From assembly GCA_046758065.1 (NCBI GenBank), contig JBHHZM010000001.1:7822-71821 (forward strand): DNA of 64,000 bases, given 5' to 3'. The notes beneath the pieces were generated by a model, which saw only the letters and a program-made list of their open reading frames with translations, was not told the DNA's origin and did no database searches. Origin of the DNA: Alphaproteobacteria bacterium (GTDB lineage: Bacteria; Pseudomonadota; Alphaproteobacteria; JAAXGF01). Within the stretch, counting starts at the first letter, position 1; every line of letters starts with the position of its first letter. A program made the position numbers and the translations under genes. Below, piece after piece: positions 10,542-21,808 of this stretch.

Positions 10542-11380
10542 CTAACGGCGCGCCGCCCGCACGCCGCCCGCGAGGTCGGCGACGAGCCCGAGCACGTCGT
10601 CGACCAGCCCGGGTTTGGCGGCGCCGTCGGCGTCGAGGTTGGCGGCGACCCGGTCGACCAGCGCCGAGCCGACCACCGCGGCGTCGGCGACGCGCGCCAC
10701 GGCCGCGGCCCGATCGGGGGTCTTGATGCCGAAGCCGACGGCGACCGGGAGCGCCGTGTGGCGGCGCAGGCGGGCGACCGCCTTGCCCACCAGTTCGGCC
10801 GAGGCGCCCTTCGCGCCGGTGATGCCGGTGATCGAGACGTAGTACATGAAGCCCGAGGTGTTGGCGACCACGGCGGGCAGGCGCGCGTCGTCGGTCGTCG
10901 GCGTGGCGAGCCGGATGAAGTTGACGCCGGCCTCGATCGCCGGCAGGCAGAGTTCCTCGTCCTCCTCGGGGGGCAGGTCGACGACGATCAGTCCGTCGAC
11001 GCCGGCGTCGATGGCGTCGGCGAGGAAGCGCCCGTTGCCGTAGATGTAAATCGGGTTGTAATAACCCATCAGAACGATCGGGGTGTCGGGGTCGTCGGCG
11101 CGGAAGGCGCGCACCATGCCGAGCGTCGCGGCCATCGTTTGCCCCGCCCTGAGCGCGCGCTGTCCCGAAGCCTGAATCGACGGGCCGTCGGCCATGGGAT
11201 CGGTAAACGGCATGCCGATCTCGATCAGATCGGCGCCCGCCGCCGGGAGTCCGCGCAGGATCTCGAGCGACCGGGCCGGATCGGGATCACCCGCCGAGAC
11301 GAAGGTGACGAAACCGCCGCGCCCTTCCTCGGCCAGCGCGGCGAAGCGGCGCGAGACGCGCGCCGTGCCCGAGGCGTCCT

Positions 11381-11384
<4 letters not shown>
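10542..11384 (-). CDS. trpA: Tryptophan synthase alpha chain
   Basis: TrpA motifs are present ([30 protein letters not shown]). The GTG start overlaps the trpB stop by 4 nt. Confidence 0.9.
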
Positions 11385-12592
<1,208 letters not shown>

Positions 12593-12631
12593 CCCGCTCC
12601 TCGCTCTTTCCCTCGCTCGCTTCGCCGTCGG

Positions 12632-13280
12632 TCACAGCGCCGCGACCGCCGCGAGAAACGCCGCGATCTTCTCCGGGCTCTTGTGGCCGCGCCGGTCCTC
12701 GACCCCCGAGGACACGTCGACCATCCGGGCGCCGCTGATCGCGACCGCCTCGGCGACGTTGCCGGCGTCGAGCCCGCCCGACAGCATCCACGGCGCCGGC
12801 CAGTCCCGTCCGGCGAGCAGCCGCCAGTCGAAGGCCAGGGCATTGCCCCCGGGCAGCGCGCCTTCGAACGTCGCCGGCGCGCGGGCGTCGAACAGGAGCC
12901 AGTCGGCGACTTCGGCGAAACGCTCGGCAGTCTCGACGTCTCCCTTGCCGGCGATGCGAATGGCCTTCATGACCGGGACGCCGAACCGCGCGCGCACCGC
13001 CGCGACCCGCTCGACGCTCTCGTCGCCGTGAAGCTGGAGAAGATCGAGCGTGACCTCGGCAAGCGTCGCGGCCAGCACGCCATCGTCGGGCTCGACGAAC
13101 AAGCCGACCTTGCATACCCCACCAGGCACTGCGTCGGCAAGCGCCGCCGCTTGCCTCGGCGTCACGTGGCGCGGCGAGGGCGGGTAGAAATTGAGGCCGA
13201 TGTGGCTCGCGCCGCCCGATACCGCGGCGACCATCGCGTCGGCGGCGTTGATGCCGCAGATCTTGGCGGTGACCGGCATG
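12632..13280 (-). CDS. trpF: Phosphoribosylanthranilate isomerase
   Basis: The sequence beginning [10 protein letters not shown] has a TrpF TIM-barrel signature. The ORF-track N-terminal extension is rejected. Confidence 0.85.
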
Positions 13281-13289
13281 CGCGAGTGC

Positions 13290-14021
13290 TCAGCCGCCGG
13301 CCCCGGCCACGTCTTCGAGGATGCGCCGCGCCGCCGCCGGCGGATCATCGGAACGGGTGATGGGCCGGCCGATGACGAGATAGTCGGCGCCCCGCCGCAT
13401 GGCGTCGGCCGGGGTGACGATGCGCTTCTGATCGTCGGCCGACGACCAGGCGGGGCGGATTCCCGGCACCACGAGCTTGAAGTCTTCGCCGCATTGCGCG
13501 CGCAGATCGGTAATCTCGTAGGCCGAGGCGACAACGCCGTCGAGACCGTTCTCCTGCGCGAGGCCGGCGAGGCGGCGGACCTGATCGGGAAGCGGTCCCC
13601 TCATGCCCACCGCCGCGACGTCGTCGTCGTCGAAGCTGGTCAATACGGTGATGCCGACGACCAGAGGCCGGCGGCCGCCGTTGCCCTCGCCGACCCGGAA
13701 CGAGGCGGCCATCGCCGCGCGCAGCATCGCCGGACCGCCGGCGACGTGCACGGTAATCATGAACGGGTTGAAAGCGGCCGAGGCGCGAATGGCGCCGGCC
13801 ACCGTGTTCGGGATGTCGTAGAACTTGAGATCGAGGAACAGCGGCAGCCCGCTTTCCGTCACGGCGGCCACCCCCGCCGGACCGTGCGCGGTGCAGAATT
13901 CGAGCCCCAGCTTGACGCCGCCGACGACGCCCGGAAGCGAACGCGCGATCGAAACGGCGCCGTCGAGGTCGACCGTATCGATGGCGCAAAGCAGACGCTT
14001 CGCGGCTTCGGTTTCTGTCAT
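13290..14021 (-). CDS. pyrF: Orotidine 5'-phosphate decarboxylase
   Basis: Key motifs are DLKFYDIPNTV and GADYLVIGRPI. The start was chosen at MTETEAAKRLL. Confidence 0.85.
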   Translation of the reverse strand: MTETEAAKRLLCAIDTVDLDGAVSIARSLPGVVGGVKLGLEFCTAHGPAGVAAVTESGLPLFLDLKFYDIPNTVAGAIRASAAFNPFMITVHVAGGPAMLRAAMAASFRVGEGNGGRRPLVVGITVLTSFDDDDVAAVGMRGPLPDQVRRLAGLAQENGLDGVVASAYEITDLRAQCGEDFKLVVPGIRPAWSSADDQKRIVTPADAMRRGADYLVIGRPITRSDDPPAAARRILEDVAGAGG

Positions 14022-14117
14022 GGCGCTCCTCCGGACGGCCTTGTTGCGGCGGCCGCTTGACCGTCCTTTATAGCAGATCGACAAACATCGAGATACGGGA
14101 AATGCCCGATGGTGCGT

Positions 14118-15065
14118 TCAGCCGACGCGAGCGGCGAGGAATTGGGCGACCGCCAGATCCTGGTTGCTGCCGCCGCCGTTCTTGAACACGGTGATCTCGT
14201 CGGCGGTGCGTCGGCCCGGGACCTCGCCGCGCGCGAGCTGGGTGAGATCGCCTTCGATGTCGGCCTCCGAGATCACGCCGGCGGCGAGCGGGGCGGCGAT
14301 GTCGCCGACTTCGCGCAGGGTGCCTTCGCGGGTATCGACGTAGATCCGGGCGCGGCGCATCGCCTCGTCGTCGGTCTCGCGCATCTCGGGGGTGTAGCCG
14401 CCGACCAGATCGAGATGCGCGCCGGGCTTGAGCCAGGCGCCGCGGATCAGCGGTTGGCGCGCCATGGTGGCGCAGGAGATGACGTCGGCCCCGCGCGCTG
14501 CGCCCTCGAGATCGGCGGTGGCGGCGATCGGCAGTTCGGGCCGGGTATGTTCGGCCGCCAGCGCCTCGGCGCGCGCGGTCGTGCGGTTCCAGACGGTCAC
14601 GCGGCGGACCGGACGGACGGCGGCATGCGCCCGGATGAGATGGGGGGCGAGCGCGCCCGCCCCCACCATCAGCATCGTTTCGGCTTGTTCGCGCGCGAGA
14701 TAGCAGGCGCCGAGCGCCGAATTGGCCGCGGTCTTGTAGAGCGTGAGCGCGGTACCGTCGATGCAGGCAAGCGGCTCGCCGGTCGTGCCGTCGATCAGCA
14801 CGACGACGCCCATCACGCTCGGCAGGCCCTTGGCGTTGTTGTCCGGAAACACCGTCACCAGCTTGACGCCGATGTGGCGATCACGCTGCCAGGCCGGCCT
14901 GAGCAGCAGGTTGTTGACGGTGCCTCCGGCGCTCGCGAGATCGACGCGGAACAGTTCGTTTATCTCGCAGCCCCGCCGGTACATCTCGCCGAGCGCCCCG
15001 ACCAGCGCCGGATAGTCGGCGGCGCCGTGGACCGCGGCGGCGTCGATCATGCGGAGGCCGCTCAT
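14118..15065 (-). CDS. Ornithine cyclodeaminase / mu-crystallin family protein
   Basis: The 315-aa product has a Rossmann motif (MLMVGAGALAPHL) and OCD-family architecture. Confidence 0.8.
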   Translation of the reverse strand: MSGLRMIDAAAVHGAADYPALVGALGEMYRRGCEINELFRVDLASAGGTVNNLLLRPAWQRDRHIGVKLVTVFPDNNAKGLPSVMGVVVLIDGTTGEPLACIDGTALTLYKTAANSALGACYLAREQAETMLMVGAGALAPHLIRAHAAVRPVRRVTVWNRTTARAEALAAEHTRPELPIAATADLEGAARGADVISCATMARQPLIRGAWLKPGAHLDLVGGYTPEMRETDDEAMRRARIYVDTREGTLREVGDIAAPLAAGVISEADIEGDLTQLARGEVPGRRTADEITVFKNGGGSNQDLAVAQFLAARVG

Positions 15066-15090
15066 CGGCCGTCCCGTATGCCGGCCCGGC

Positions 15091-15423
15091 TCAGCCCGCG
15101 TCGGCCGCTCGCGGCAATCGGGCGGCGGACTCGGCGTCCGACTCGCCCGGCTCGTTCAGGCGGGCGACCTCGCGTTCGAGCGTCCCGAGACGCCGCTTGC
15201 GCCGACGCGCGAGCCGTCGCCATTTTTGGGCGCTCAACCAGGCGCTCGCCGCGCCCAGCACGAAACCCGCAACGAGCGCGCCAAACGCGACCCCGAAGAG
15301 CGGGAGGTCGAATCTGAAAGGCAGGGGGTCGAGGCTGACGCCCACGGTCGCACGATTGGCTACCGCGAAGGCCACGACGCCGACCCCGACGACGACGGCG
15401 ACCAACCACCGCAGGAGATTCAC
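15091..15423 (-). CDS. LapA-family inner-membrane protein (DUF1049)
   Basis: This small protein has two TM segments and a basic coiled tail (RRLARRRKRRLGTLEREVARL). It lies immediately downstream of ihfB, as in many alphaproteobacteria. Confidence 0.6.
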   Translation of the reverse strand: MNLLRWLVAVVVGVGVVAFAVANRATVGVSLDPLPFRFDLPLFGVAFGALVAGFVLGAASAWLSAQKWRRLARRRKRRLGTLEREVARLNEPGESDAESAARLPRAADAG

Positions 15424-15446
15424 GGCTACGCCGCGCCCGCGCCAAC

Positions 15447-15728
15447 CTATTCCGCGTTGAGCCGTTCGCGCAACTCCTTGCCGGTCTTGAAATAGGGCAG
15501 ATGCTTGGCCGCCACCTGAACCGATTCGCCGGTGCGCGGATTGCGGCCGACCCGCGCCGCGCGCCGCTTGACCGAGAACGCGCCGAAGCCGCGCAACTCG
15601 ACGCGGTCGCCGCGCGCCAGCGCCGCCGAAATCTCATCGAACACGGTGGTGACGATGCGCTCGACGTCGTGATGATAAAGATGCGGATTGATCTCCGCCA
15701 ATCGCATGATCAGTTGCGATCTCGTCAT
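15447..15728 (-). CDS. ihfB: Integration host factor subunit beta
   Basis: The product reads [33 protein letters not shown]...RNPRTGESV. The start was chosen at MTRSQ. Confidence 0.9.
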   Translation of the reverse strand: MTRSQLIMRLAEINPHLYHHDVERIVTTVFDEISAALARGDRVELRGFGAFSVKRRAARVGRNPRTGESVQVAAKHLPYFKTGKELRERLNAE

Positions 15729-15824
15729 CAGTGGGCCCCCTCCCTTTGCGTGGACCAGGCACCGCAGCAACCCCGCCGCCGGTTCGCTCGTCTGTTTATC
15801 CCCGATATCGTCGCGACGGCTGCG

Positions 15825-16736
15825 TCACTCGGGAGCAGGGTGCCAAACGGAGATCAGCCCGTCAAGGGTAAGCCGTTCTGAAAGCAACATTTTTCCTGCG
15901 AGCGACGAGATGCGCGGCAACCACTCCTCGGCGGGACGGTTGATCTCCACATCGCGCACGGGCAGGCTTTCCGGAATGTCCTTGGTCTCGGCGAGCCAGA
16001 CGCGCGCGTCCGATTCGTCGCCGATCGCATCAATCAGGTTGCGTTGCAGCGCCTGCCTGCCGGAATAGACGCGCCCGTCGGCGAGTTCGCGGACGCGCCG
16101 TTCGTCGAAGCCGCGGCGCTCGGCGACCATGTCGGTGAACAGCCCATACATGTCATCGATGATCGCCTGTGTGGCGGCGCGCGCCTCATCGGTCAGCGGT
16201 TCGAACGGCGAGGGCGTCGCCTTGAGCGGCGCACTTTTTATGGCCTCGGCCGTCACCCCGAGCTTGCCGAGCAGTCCGGTGATGTCCGTGGTCTGCACCA
16301 GCACCCCGATCGACCCGGTAATGGTGCCCTCGTGGGCGAAGATGCGATCGGCGGCGATCGCCGTCATGTAACCGGCCGACGTCGCGACCGTGCCCATCAC
16401 CGCGACCACGGGCTTTTTGGCCGCGACCTTGAGCAGGGCGTTATAGAGCGATTCACCGCCGACGAACGTGCCGCCCGGGCTGTCGATGCGTACGATCAAG
16501 GCCTTGGCGTGCGGGTCGTCAACGAGATCCGCGAGCGCCTCGATCGTTGCGTCGTCCTCGACGATGAGCCCTCCGACCTCGAGCCGGGCGACGTGGTCGC
16601 GCTCGGTAAGGCGGTCGAAGCGCGAGAACACCGCGAGCACCACCGCGACCAGCGCGACGATAGCGACGACGCGCCACAAGGCGAGCCGCCGCTTCAGACG
16701 GCGTCGGTCGATCAGCAGATCGGCTTCCTGCGTCAT
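15825..16736 (-). CDS. sppA: Signal peptide peptidase SppA (36K type, S49 family)
   Basis: An N-terminal TM segment precedes an S49 domain with the catalytic-serine region (VATSAGYMTAIAAD). Confidence 0.85.
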   Translation of the reverse strand: MTQEADLLIDRRRLKRRLALWRVVAIVALVAVVLAVFSRFDRLTERDHVARLEVGGLIVEDDATIEALADLVDDPHAKALIVRIDSPGGTFVGGESLYNALLKVAAKKPVVAVMGTVATSAGYMTAIAADRIFAHEGTITGSIGVLVQTTDITGLLGKLGVTAEAIKSAPLKATPSPFEPLTDEARAATQAIIDDMYGLFTDMVAERRGFDERRVRELADGRVYSGRQALQRNLIDAIGDESDARVWLAETKDIPESLPVRDVEINRPAEEWLPRISSLAGKMLLSERLTLDGLISVWHPAPE

Positions 16737-16772
16737 GTCGCCCCGGGGCCGCGGCCCGATCCGCGGTTTCCG

Positions 16773-18701
16773 TTATTTCGGCTCGTCGGCGCCGTCCTCC
16801 GCCGGAGCGCTCTTCCCGGCCTCCGGGTCGCCGGCGGGTTCCTCCGCCGCGGCCTCGTCGGGCGAATCCCCGGCGGCGGATGCGTCGCCGGTCGCCTCGG
16901 CGTCCGCATTCTCCTCGACGGCCGTCTCAGCGTCCGCATTCTCCTCGACGGCCGCTTCCTTGTCGCCGTCCTCGGACTTTGTCGCGCGCTGCTTGCTGGC
17001 CCGCGACATCGCCGCGCCGAGTATGTCGCCGAGGCTCGCGCCGCTGTCGGACGAGCCGTATTCGGCCATCGCCTGCTTTTCGTCCTCGATCTCGAGAGAC
17101 TTGATGGAGAGCGTAAGGCGCCGGGCGGCCCGGTCGATGTTGGTGACCTTGGCGTCGACCTTCTCGCCGACGGCGAAACGGTCGGGTCGCTGCTCGCTCC
17201 GCGCGCGCGACAAATCCGACTTGCGAATGAAGCCGACGGCGCCATCGACCGAGACCTCGATGCCGTTGTCGAGCACCGCGCTCACCGTGCCGGTCACCCG
17301 GGCGCCGCGCTTGAGTTTGCTCACGGCGTCGGTGAAGGGGTCGTCGCCGGCGAGCTGCTTGATGCCGAGGCTTACGCGTTCCTTCTCGGTATCGACGTCG
17401 AGCACCCGGGCCTTGACCATGTCGCCCTTCTTGTAGTCCTTGATCGCCTCGTCGCCGGGGCGGTCCCAGGAAATGTCCGACATGTGCACCATGCCGTCGA
17501 TGCCGCCCGACAGGCCGACGAACAGGCCGAACTCGGTGACGTTCTTGACCTCGCCCTCGATATCGTTGCCCGCCGGGTGGCTGTCGAGGAACTCCTGCCA
17601 CGGATTGTCGCGGCACTGCTTGAGTCCGAGGCTGATACGGCGCTTGTTGGGGTCGACGTCGAGCACCATCACCTCGACCTCCTGGCTGGTCGAGACGATC
17701 TTGCCGGGATGGACGTTTTTCTTGGTCCAGCTCATCTCGGAGACGTGCACCAGCCCCTCGACGCCCGGTTCGAGTTCGACGAAGGCGCCGTATTCGGTGA
17801 TGTTGGTGACGCGGCCGAGGAACTTGGTGCCCACCGGATACTTGGACTCGACACCCTCCCAGGGGTCTTCCTCGAGCTGCTTCATGCCGAGGCTGATGCG
17901 CTGGGTCTCGGGATTGAAGCGGATAACCTGAACCTTGACCGTCTGGCCGATCGACAGCGCCTCCGTGGGGTGGCCGATACGCCGCCAGGCGATGTCGGTG
18001 ACGTGCAACAGCCCGTCGACGCCGCCCAGATCGACGAAGGCGCCGTAGTCGGTGATGTTCTTGACCACGCCGTCGAGCACCTGGCCTTCCTTGAGGTTCG
18101 CGATGAGCTCGGTGCGGGCTTCGGCGCGCGCTTCCTCGAGCACGGCGCGGCGCGAGACGACGATGTTGCCGCGACGGCGGTCCATCTTGAGGATGGCGAA
18201 CTCGTGCTCGGCGCCCATCAGCGGCGCGATGTCGCGGACCGGACGGATGTCGACCTGGCTTCCGGGCAGGAACGCCACCGCGCCCGAAAGATCGACCGTG
18301 AAGCCGCCCTTTACCCGGCCGAAGATCGAACCCTTGACGCGTTCGCCCTTCTGAAACGCGGCCTCGAGCTGAATCCAGGCTTCTTCGCGGCGCGCCTTCT
18401 CGCGGCTCAGCACGGCTTCGCCCTGGCGGTTCTCGAGGCGGTCGAGGAAGACCTCGACCTCGTCGCCGACCCTGACTTCCGGAGGCTGTCCGCCTTCGGA
18501 GAATTCCTTGACCGCGACACGGCCTTCGGCCTTGAGTCCGACGTCGATCAGCGCCATGTCGTTCTCGATGGCGATGATGGTGCCCTTGATGACGCGACCT
18601 TCGACGGCGTCCTTTTCCTTGAGCGACTCGGCGAAGAGCGCCGCGAAGTTTTCCTCGGTCGATGGCGTGTCCTCGCCGGACACGGCGCGCTCGTTGGTCA
18701 T
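16773..18701 (-). CDS. rpsA: 30S ribosomal protein S1 with an extended acidic C-terminal tail
   Basis: Six S1 repeats are present. The start was chosen at MTNERAV. The final 60 residues or so are Glu/Asp/Ala-rich. Confidence 0.95.
   Translation of the reverse strand: MTNERAVSGEDTPSTEENFAALFAESLKEKDAVEGRVIKGTIIAIENDMALIDVGLKAEGRVAVKEFSEGGQPPEVRVGDEVEVFLDRLENRQGEAVLSREKARREEAWIQLEAAFQKGERVKGSIFGRVKGGFTVDLSGAVAFLPGSQVDIRPVRDIAPLMGAEHEFAILKMDRRRGNIVVSRRAVLEEARAEARTELIANLKEGQVLDGVVKNITDYGAFVDLGGVDGLLHVTDIAWRRIGHPTEALSIGQTVKVQVIRFNPETQRISLGMKQLEEDPWEGVESKYPVGTKFLGRVTNITEYGAFVELEPGVEGLVHVSEMSWTKKNVHPGKIVSTSQEVEVMVLDVDPNKRRISLGLKQCRDNPWQEFLDSHPAGNDIEGEVKNVTEFGLFVGLSGGIDGMVHMSDISWDRPGDEAIKDYKKGDMVKARVLDVDTEKERVSLGIKQLAGDDPFTDAVSKLKRGARVTGTVSAVLDNGIEVSVDGAVGFIRKSDLSRARSEQRPDRFAVGEKVDAKVTNIDRAARRLTLSIKSLEIEDEKQAMAEYGSSDSGASLGDILGAAMSRASKQRATKSEDGDKEAAVEENADAETAVEENADAEATGDASAAGDSPDEAAAEEPAGDPEAGKSAPAEDGADEPK
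16900..16959. repeat. 30-bp tandem duplication (two copies, 27 of 30 bases identical) inside the rpsA 3' end
   Basis: gcgtccgcattctcctcgacggccgtctca is directly repeated. It encodes AVEENADAE twice in the acidic tail. Confidence 0.6.
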
Positions 18702-18910
18702 ACGAACTCCCAGCTTTGAACGGTCTCCGGCGTCGGGCTGCAACCGGGCCACCCCGGTGCGCGCAACGACGCCTTGCTATTTCCTGCGCCCCGGGCTGAA
18801 AACGACGCGGCCGGAGGCGGTGATCCGAAGGCGGGAATCTATACAGTCGGGACCGTCATTCTGCAACCGCTTATGCCACAATTTCCGGTAATTTTTCTAG
18901 CCGGAACCGA

Positions 18911-19564
18911 CTATTCCGCCGGATCCGGATCGAGACCCAGGGCGGCGAGCGCCGCCCGGTAGACGGCCTCGGCGTCGAGATCGCTGGTATCGAGCACCAC
19001 GCCGTCGGTCGCCGCCGCCATCGGCGCGACCTCGCGTCCGGCGTCGCGGGCGTCGCGTAACGCCATCTCGCGCGCGACCTCGGCGCGCTCGCAGACCACG
19101 CCGCGGGCGCGGAGTTCGCGGTATCGGCGCTCGGCGCGAACCGCGGGACGGGCGGTGACGAACAGCTTGTGAGTCGCGTCCGGGAACACCACGGTGCCGA
19201 TGTCGCGACCGTCGATGACCGCGCCCGGCGGCGTGCGGCCGAAGCGGCGCTGGTATTCGAGCAGCGCCGCGCGCACCTCGGGAATCGCCGAGACGACCGA
19301 GGCCGCTTGGGACACCGCCTCGTCGCGCAGATCGTCGGCCGCGACATCGGCGTCGTCGAGCGCCCGCGCCGCGATCACCGCCTGCGCCGGATCGGCCGGA
19401 TCGCCGCCCTCGCGCAGCACGCGTGCGGCGACGGCGCGGTAGAGCCGGCCGCTTTCGAGATAGCGCAGGCCGAGGCGGGCGGCGAGCCGCCGCGCGAGCG
19501 TTCCCTTGCCCGCGGCCGCCGGGCCGTCGATGGCGATGATCGTCGGCTTCGCCGGTTCAGCCAA
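18911..19564 (-). CDS. cmk: Cytidylate kinase
   Basis: A P-loop ([14 protein letters not shown]) is present. The start is a TTG/ATA just upstream of AEPAKPTII. The ORF-track N-terminal extension is rejected. Confidence 0.85.
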   Translation of the reverse strand: MAEPAKPTIIAIDGPAAAGKGTLARRLAARLGLRYLESGRLYRAVAARVLREGGDPADPAQAVIAARALDDADVAADDLRDEAVSQAASVVSAIPEVRAALLEYQRRFGRTPPGAVIDGRDIGTVVFPDATHKLFVTARPAVRAERRYRELRARGVVCERAEVAREMALRDARDAGREVAPMAAATDGVVLDTSDLDAEAVYRAALAALGLDPDPAE

Positions 19565-20885
19565 TATCCGCCCCCAGCCCGGCGCAGAGCTCGACGAAGC
19601 CGGGAAAGCTGGTGGCGATGGTCGCGCCGTCGTCGATCGCGACCGGCCGGCGCGCGGCCATGCCCAAGACGAGGAAGGCCATGGCGATGCGGTGGTCGAG
19701 ACGACTTTCGACCCGTCCGTCCCCGGGCGGCGGGCCGGCGCAGCCGGCAACCCTGAGGTCGTCGCCGGCGATCGTGACGCCGACGCCGCAGGCGGAAAGA
19801 CCACGGGCGATTGCCGCGAGCCGGTCGCTCTCCTTGACGCGGAGTTCGGCAAGTCCGCGCATCACCGTCTCGCCCTCGGCGCAGGCCGCGGCGACGGCGA
19901 GGATCGGGTATTCGTCGATCATCGTCGGCGCCCGCGTCGCCGGCACCTCGACGCCCGACAGCGCACTCGCCCGCACGACCACGTCGGCGACCGGCTCGCC
20001 CGCTTCCTCGCGGGGGTTCGCGAACGCGAGATCGGCGCCCATCTCCCGGAGCGTGGTGAACAGGCCGGTGCGCAGCGGGTTGACGCCCACGCCCCGCAGC
20101 GTGAGCGTCGAGCCGGGCACCACGAGTCCGGCGACGGCGAGAAAGGCCGCCGCCGACGGATCGCCCGGGACGGCGACGGCGCGGCCCGAGAGTTCGGGCT
20201 GGCCGACGACGGTGATGGTGCGGGCGCCGTCGTCGTCCGGCGCGATGCGCAGTTCGGCGCCGAAGTGACGCAACAGCCTTTCGGTATGGTCGCGCGTCGG
20301 CGTCGTCTCGATTACCGAGGTCTCGCCCGGCGCATTGAGGCCGGCGAACAGGACCGCCGACTTGACCTGCGCCGACGGTTCCGGCACCGGGTAGACGATC
20401 GGCAAGGGATCCGCCGCGCCGACGAGCGCGAGCGGCAGGCGGCAGCCGCGACGCGCGACGATGCGCGCCCCCATGCGCTCGAGCGGCCGGGCGACACGCC
20501 CCATGGGCCGCGCGCACAGGCTGTCGTCGCCGGTGAACTGACAGGTGATGGGATGGCTCGCCACCACGCCCATCAACAACCGCGCGCCCGTGCCGGCGTT
20601 GCCCATGTCGAGCGTGGCCGCGGGTTCGGCGAGCCCGCCGACGCCGCAGCCCCGGACCCGCCAGACGCCGTCGTCGCCGCGCTCGATTTCGGCGCCCAGC
20701 GCGCGTAGCGCCTGCGCAGTGCGCATCACGTCGTCGCCCTCGAGAAGGCCGCCGATCGAAGTTTCGCCGACGGCGAGAGCGCCGAGCATCAACGCCCGGT
20801 GCGAGATCGACTTGTCGCCAGGGAGCAGGGTCTCGCCGACGAGCGGACCGGCGGGTCGGGCGGTAATCGGCTTCGGGATCGGCAC
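19557..20885 (-). CDS. aroA: 3-phosphoshikimate 1-carboxyvinyltransferase (EPSP synthase)
   Basis: The 442-aa product has the [18 protein letters not shown] motif. It overlaps cmk by 8 nt. Confidence 0.9.
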   Translation of the reverse strand: MPIPKPITARPAGPLVGETLLPGDKSISHRALMLGALAVGETSIGGLLEGDDVMRTAQALRALGAEIERGDDGVWRVRGCGVGGLAEPAATLDMGNAGTGARLLMGVVASHPITCQFTGDDSLCARPMGRVARPLERMGARIVARRGCRLPLALVGAADPLPIVYPVPEPSAQVKSAVLFAGLNAPGETSVIETTPTRDHTERLLRHFGAELRIAPDDDGARTITVVGQPELSGRAVAVPGDPSAAAFLAVAGLVVPGSTLTLRGVGVNPLRTGLFTTLREMGADLAFANPREEAGEPVADVVVRASALSGVEVPATRAPTMIDEYPILAVAAACAEGETVMRGLAELRVKESDRLAAIARGLSACGVGVTIAGDDLRVAGCAGPPPGDGRVESRLDHRIAMAFLVLGMAARRPVAIDDGATIATSFPGFVELCAGLGADIG

Positions 20886-21072
20886 GGGTTCGTCGCAAAG
20901 CGAAGTTCAGGCCCGGCGCGCCGGGCTCGGTTGTCTCTATCACACCTCGGGACGCGGCGACAGAGCCGCCGCGCAGAGGGTTGAAATTTGTTTTTGACAG
21001 CACCGCGAGTTCGTGGCAAGTGGACTGCCCGCGCTTCGCCAAGACGGGATCGACAGGGGGTGTCGAACGGTG

Positions 21073-21444
21073 ATGAAACCGGAGTGGGGCAGCAAACGGC
21101 TGTGCCAGAATTGCGGCGCACGTTTCTACGACCTTAAACGTGATCCGATCGTCTGCCCTAGGTGCGATATGCCTTACGTGGCTCCGGCGCCCGCGAAACC
21201 ACGTCGCGCGGCGACGCCCGCGAAACCGAGCGGCGCGCCCAGGGCTGCGCTGCGACCGATCGAGGCAATCGTTACCGTCGAGGCGGCGCCGCCGGACGAC
21301 GAGGTTGCAGTCGTCGCCATCGAGACCGATGACGAACACGCCGGTCAGGACATCATCGAGGACGCCTCCGAACTCGGCGAGGACGAGGACGACATGGCCG
21401 AGGTGATCGAGTCGGGCCACGAGGAGCCCGAAGACGAGCGCTGA
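21073..21444 (+). CDS. TIGR02300-type (FYDLN_acid) zinc-ribbon protein with an acidic tail
   Basis: The zinc ribbon reads CQNCGARFYDLKRDPIVCPRCD and the C-terminus is strongly acidic. It is transcribed divergently from aroA, as is typical in alphaproteobacteria. Confidence 0.7.
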   Translation: MKPEWGSKRLCQNCGARFYDLKRDPIVCPRCDMPYVAPAPAKPRRAATPAKPSGAPRAALRPIEAIVTVEAAPPDDEVAVVAIETDDEHAGQDIIEDASELGEDEDDMAEVIESGHEEPEDER

Positions 21445-21538
21445 ACGTCGCGGGAAGCTTTTTCCCTTGCGCGATCCGGGCCGGCTTCCTACCTTTCCGG
21501 CCGGCGAGGTCGTCTGCGCACCGGACCATTCCCCTTGC

Positions 21539-21614
<76 letters not shown>

Positions 21615-21808
21615 CTACCCTCGCAAGTTCTTGAGTTCCCGATAACATTCTGATTTTTCGGAAGTTCCTTCCCCTTGAAAGGGACGGAACCGTGCCTGAG
21701 CTCCCGCCTCTCCGCCACCGCCCGCCGTTTCCGGAAAGGCGCGATCGCCGCTTGATCGCCGCGACGGCGCGCGCGATCATCGCCGAACCGTCGCAGAGGA
21801 TGGGATAT

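Noticed and set aside
16044-18719. 891-aa plus-strand ORF antisense to rpsA
   Set aside because: It is an antisense artefact of the S1 gene.
19375-21420. 681-aa minus-strand ORF and others overlapping aroA and the TIGR02300 gene
   Set aside because: It is a frame artefact. aroA is in a different frame, and the plus-strand TIGR02300 gene is supported by its zinc ribbon.
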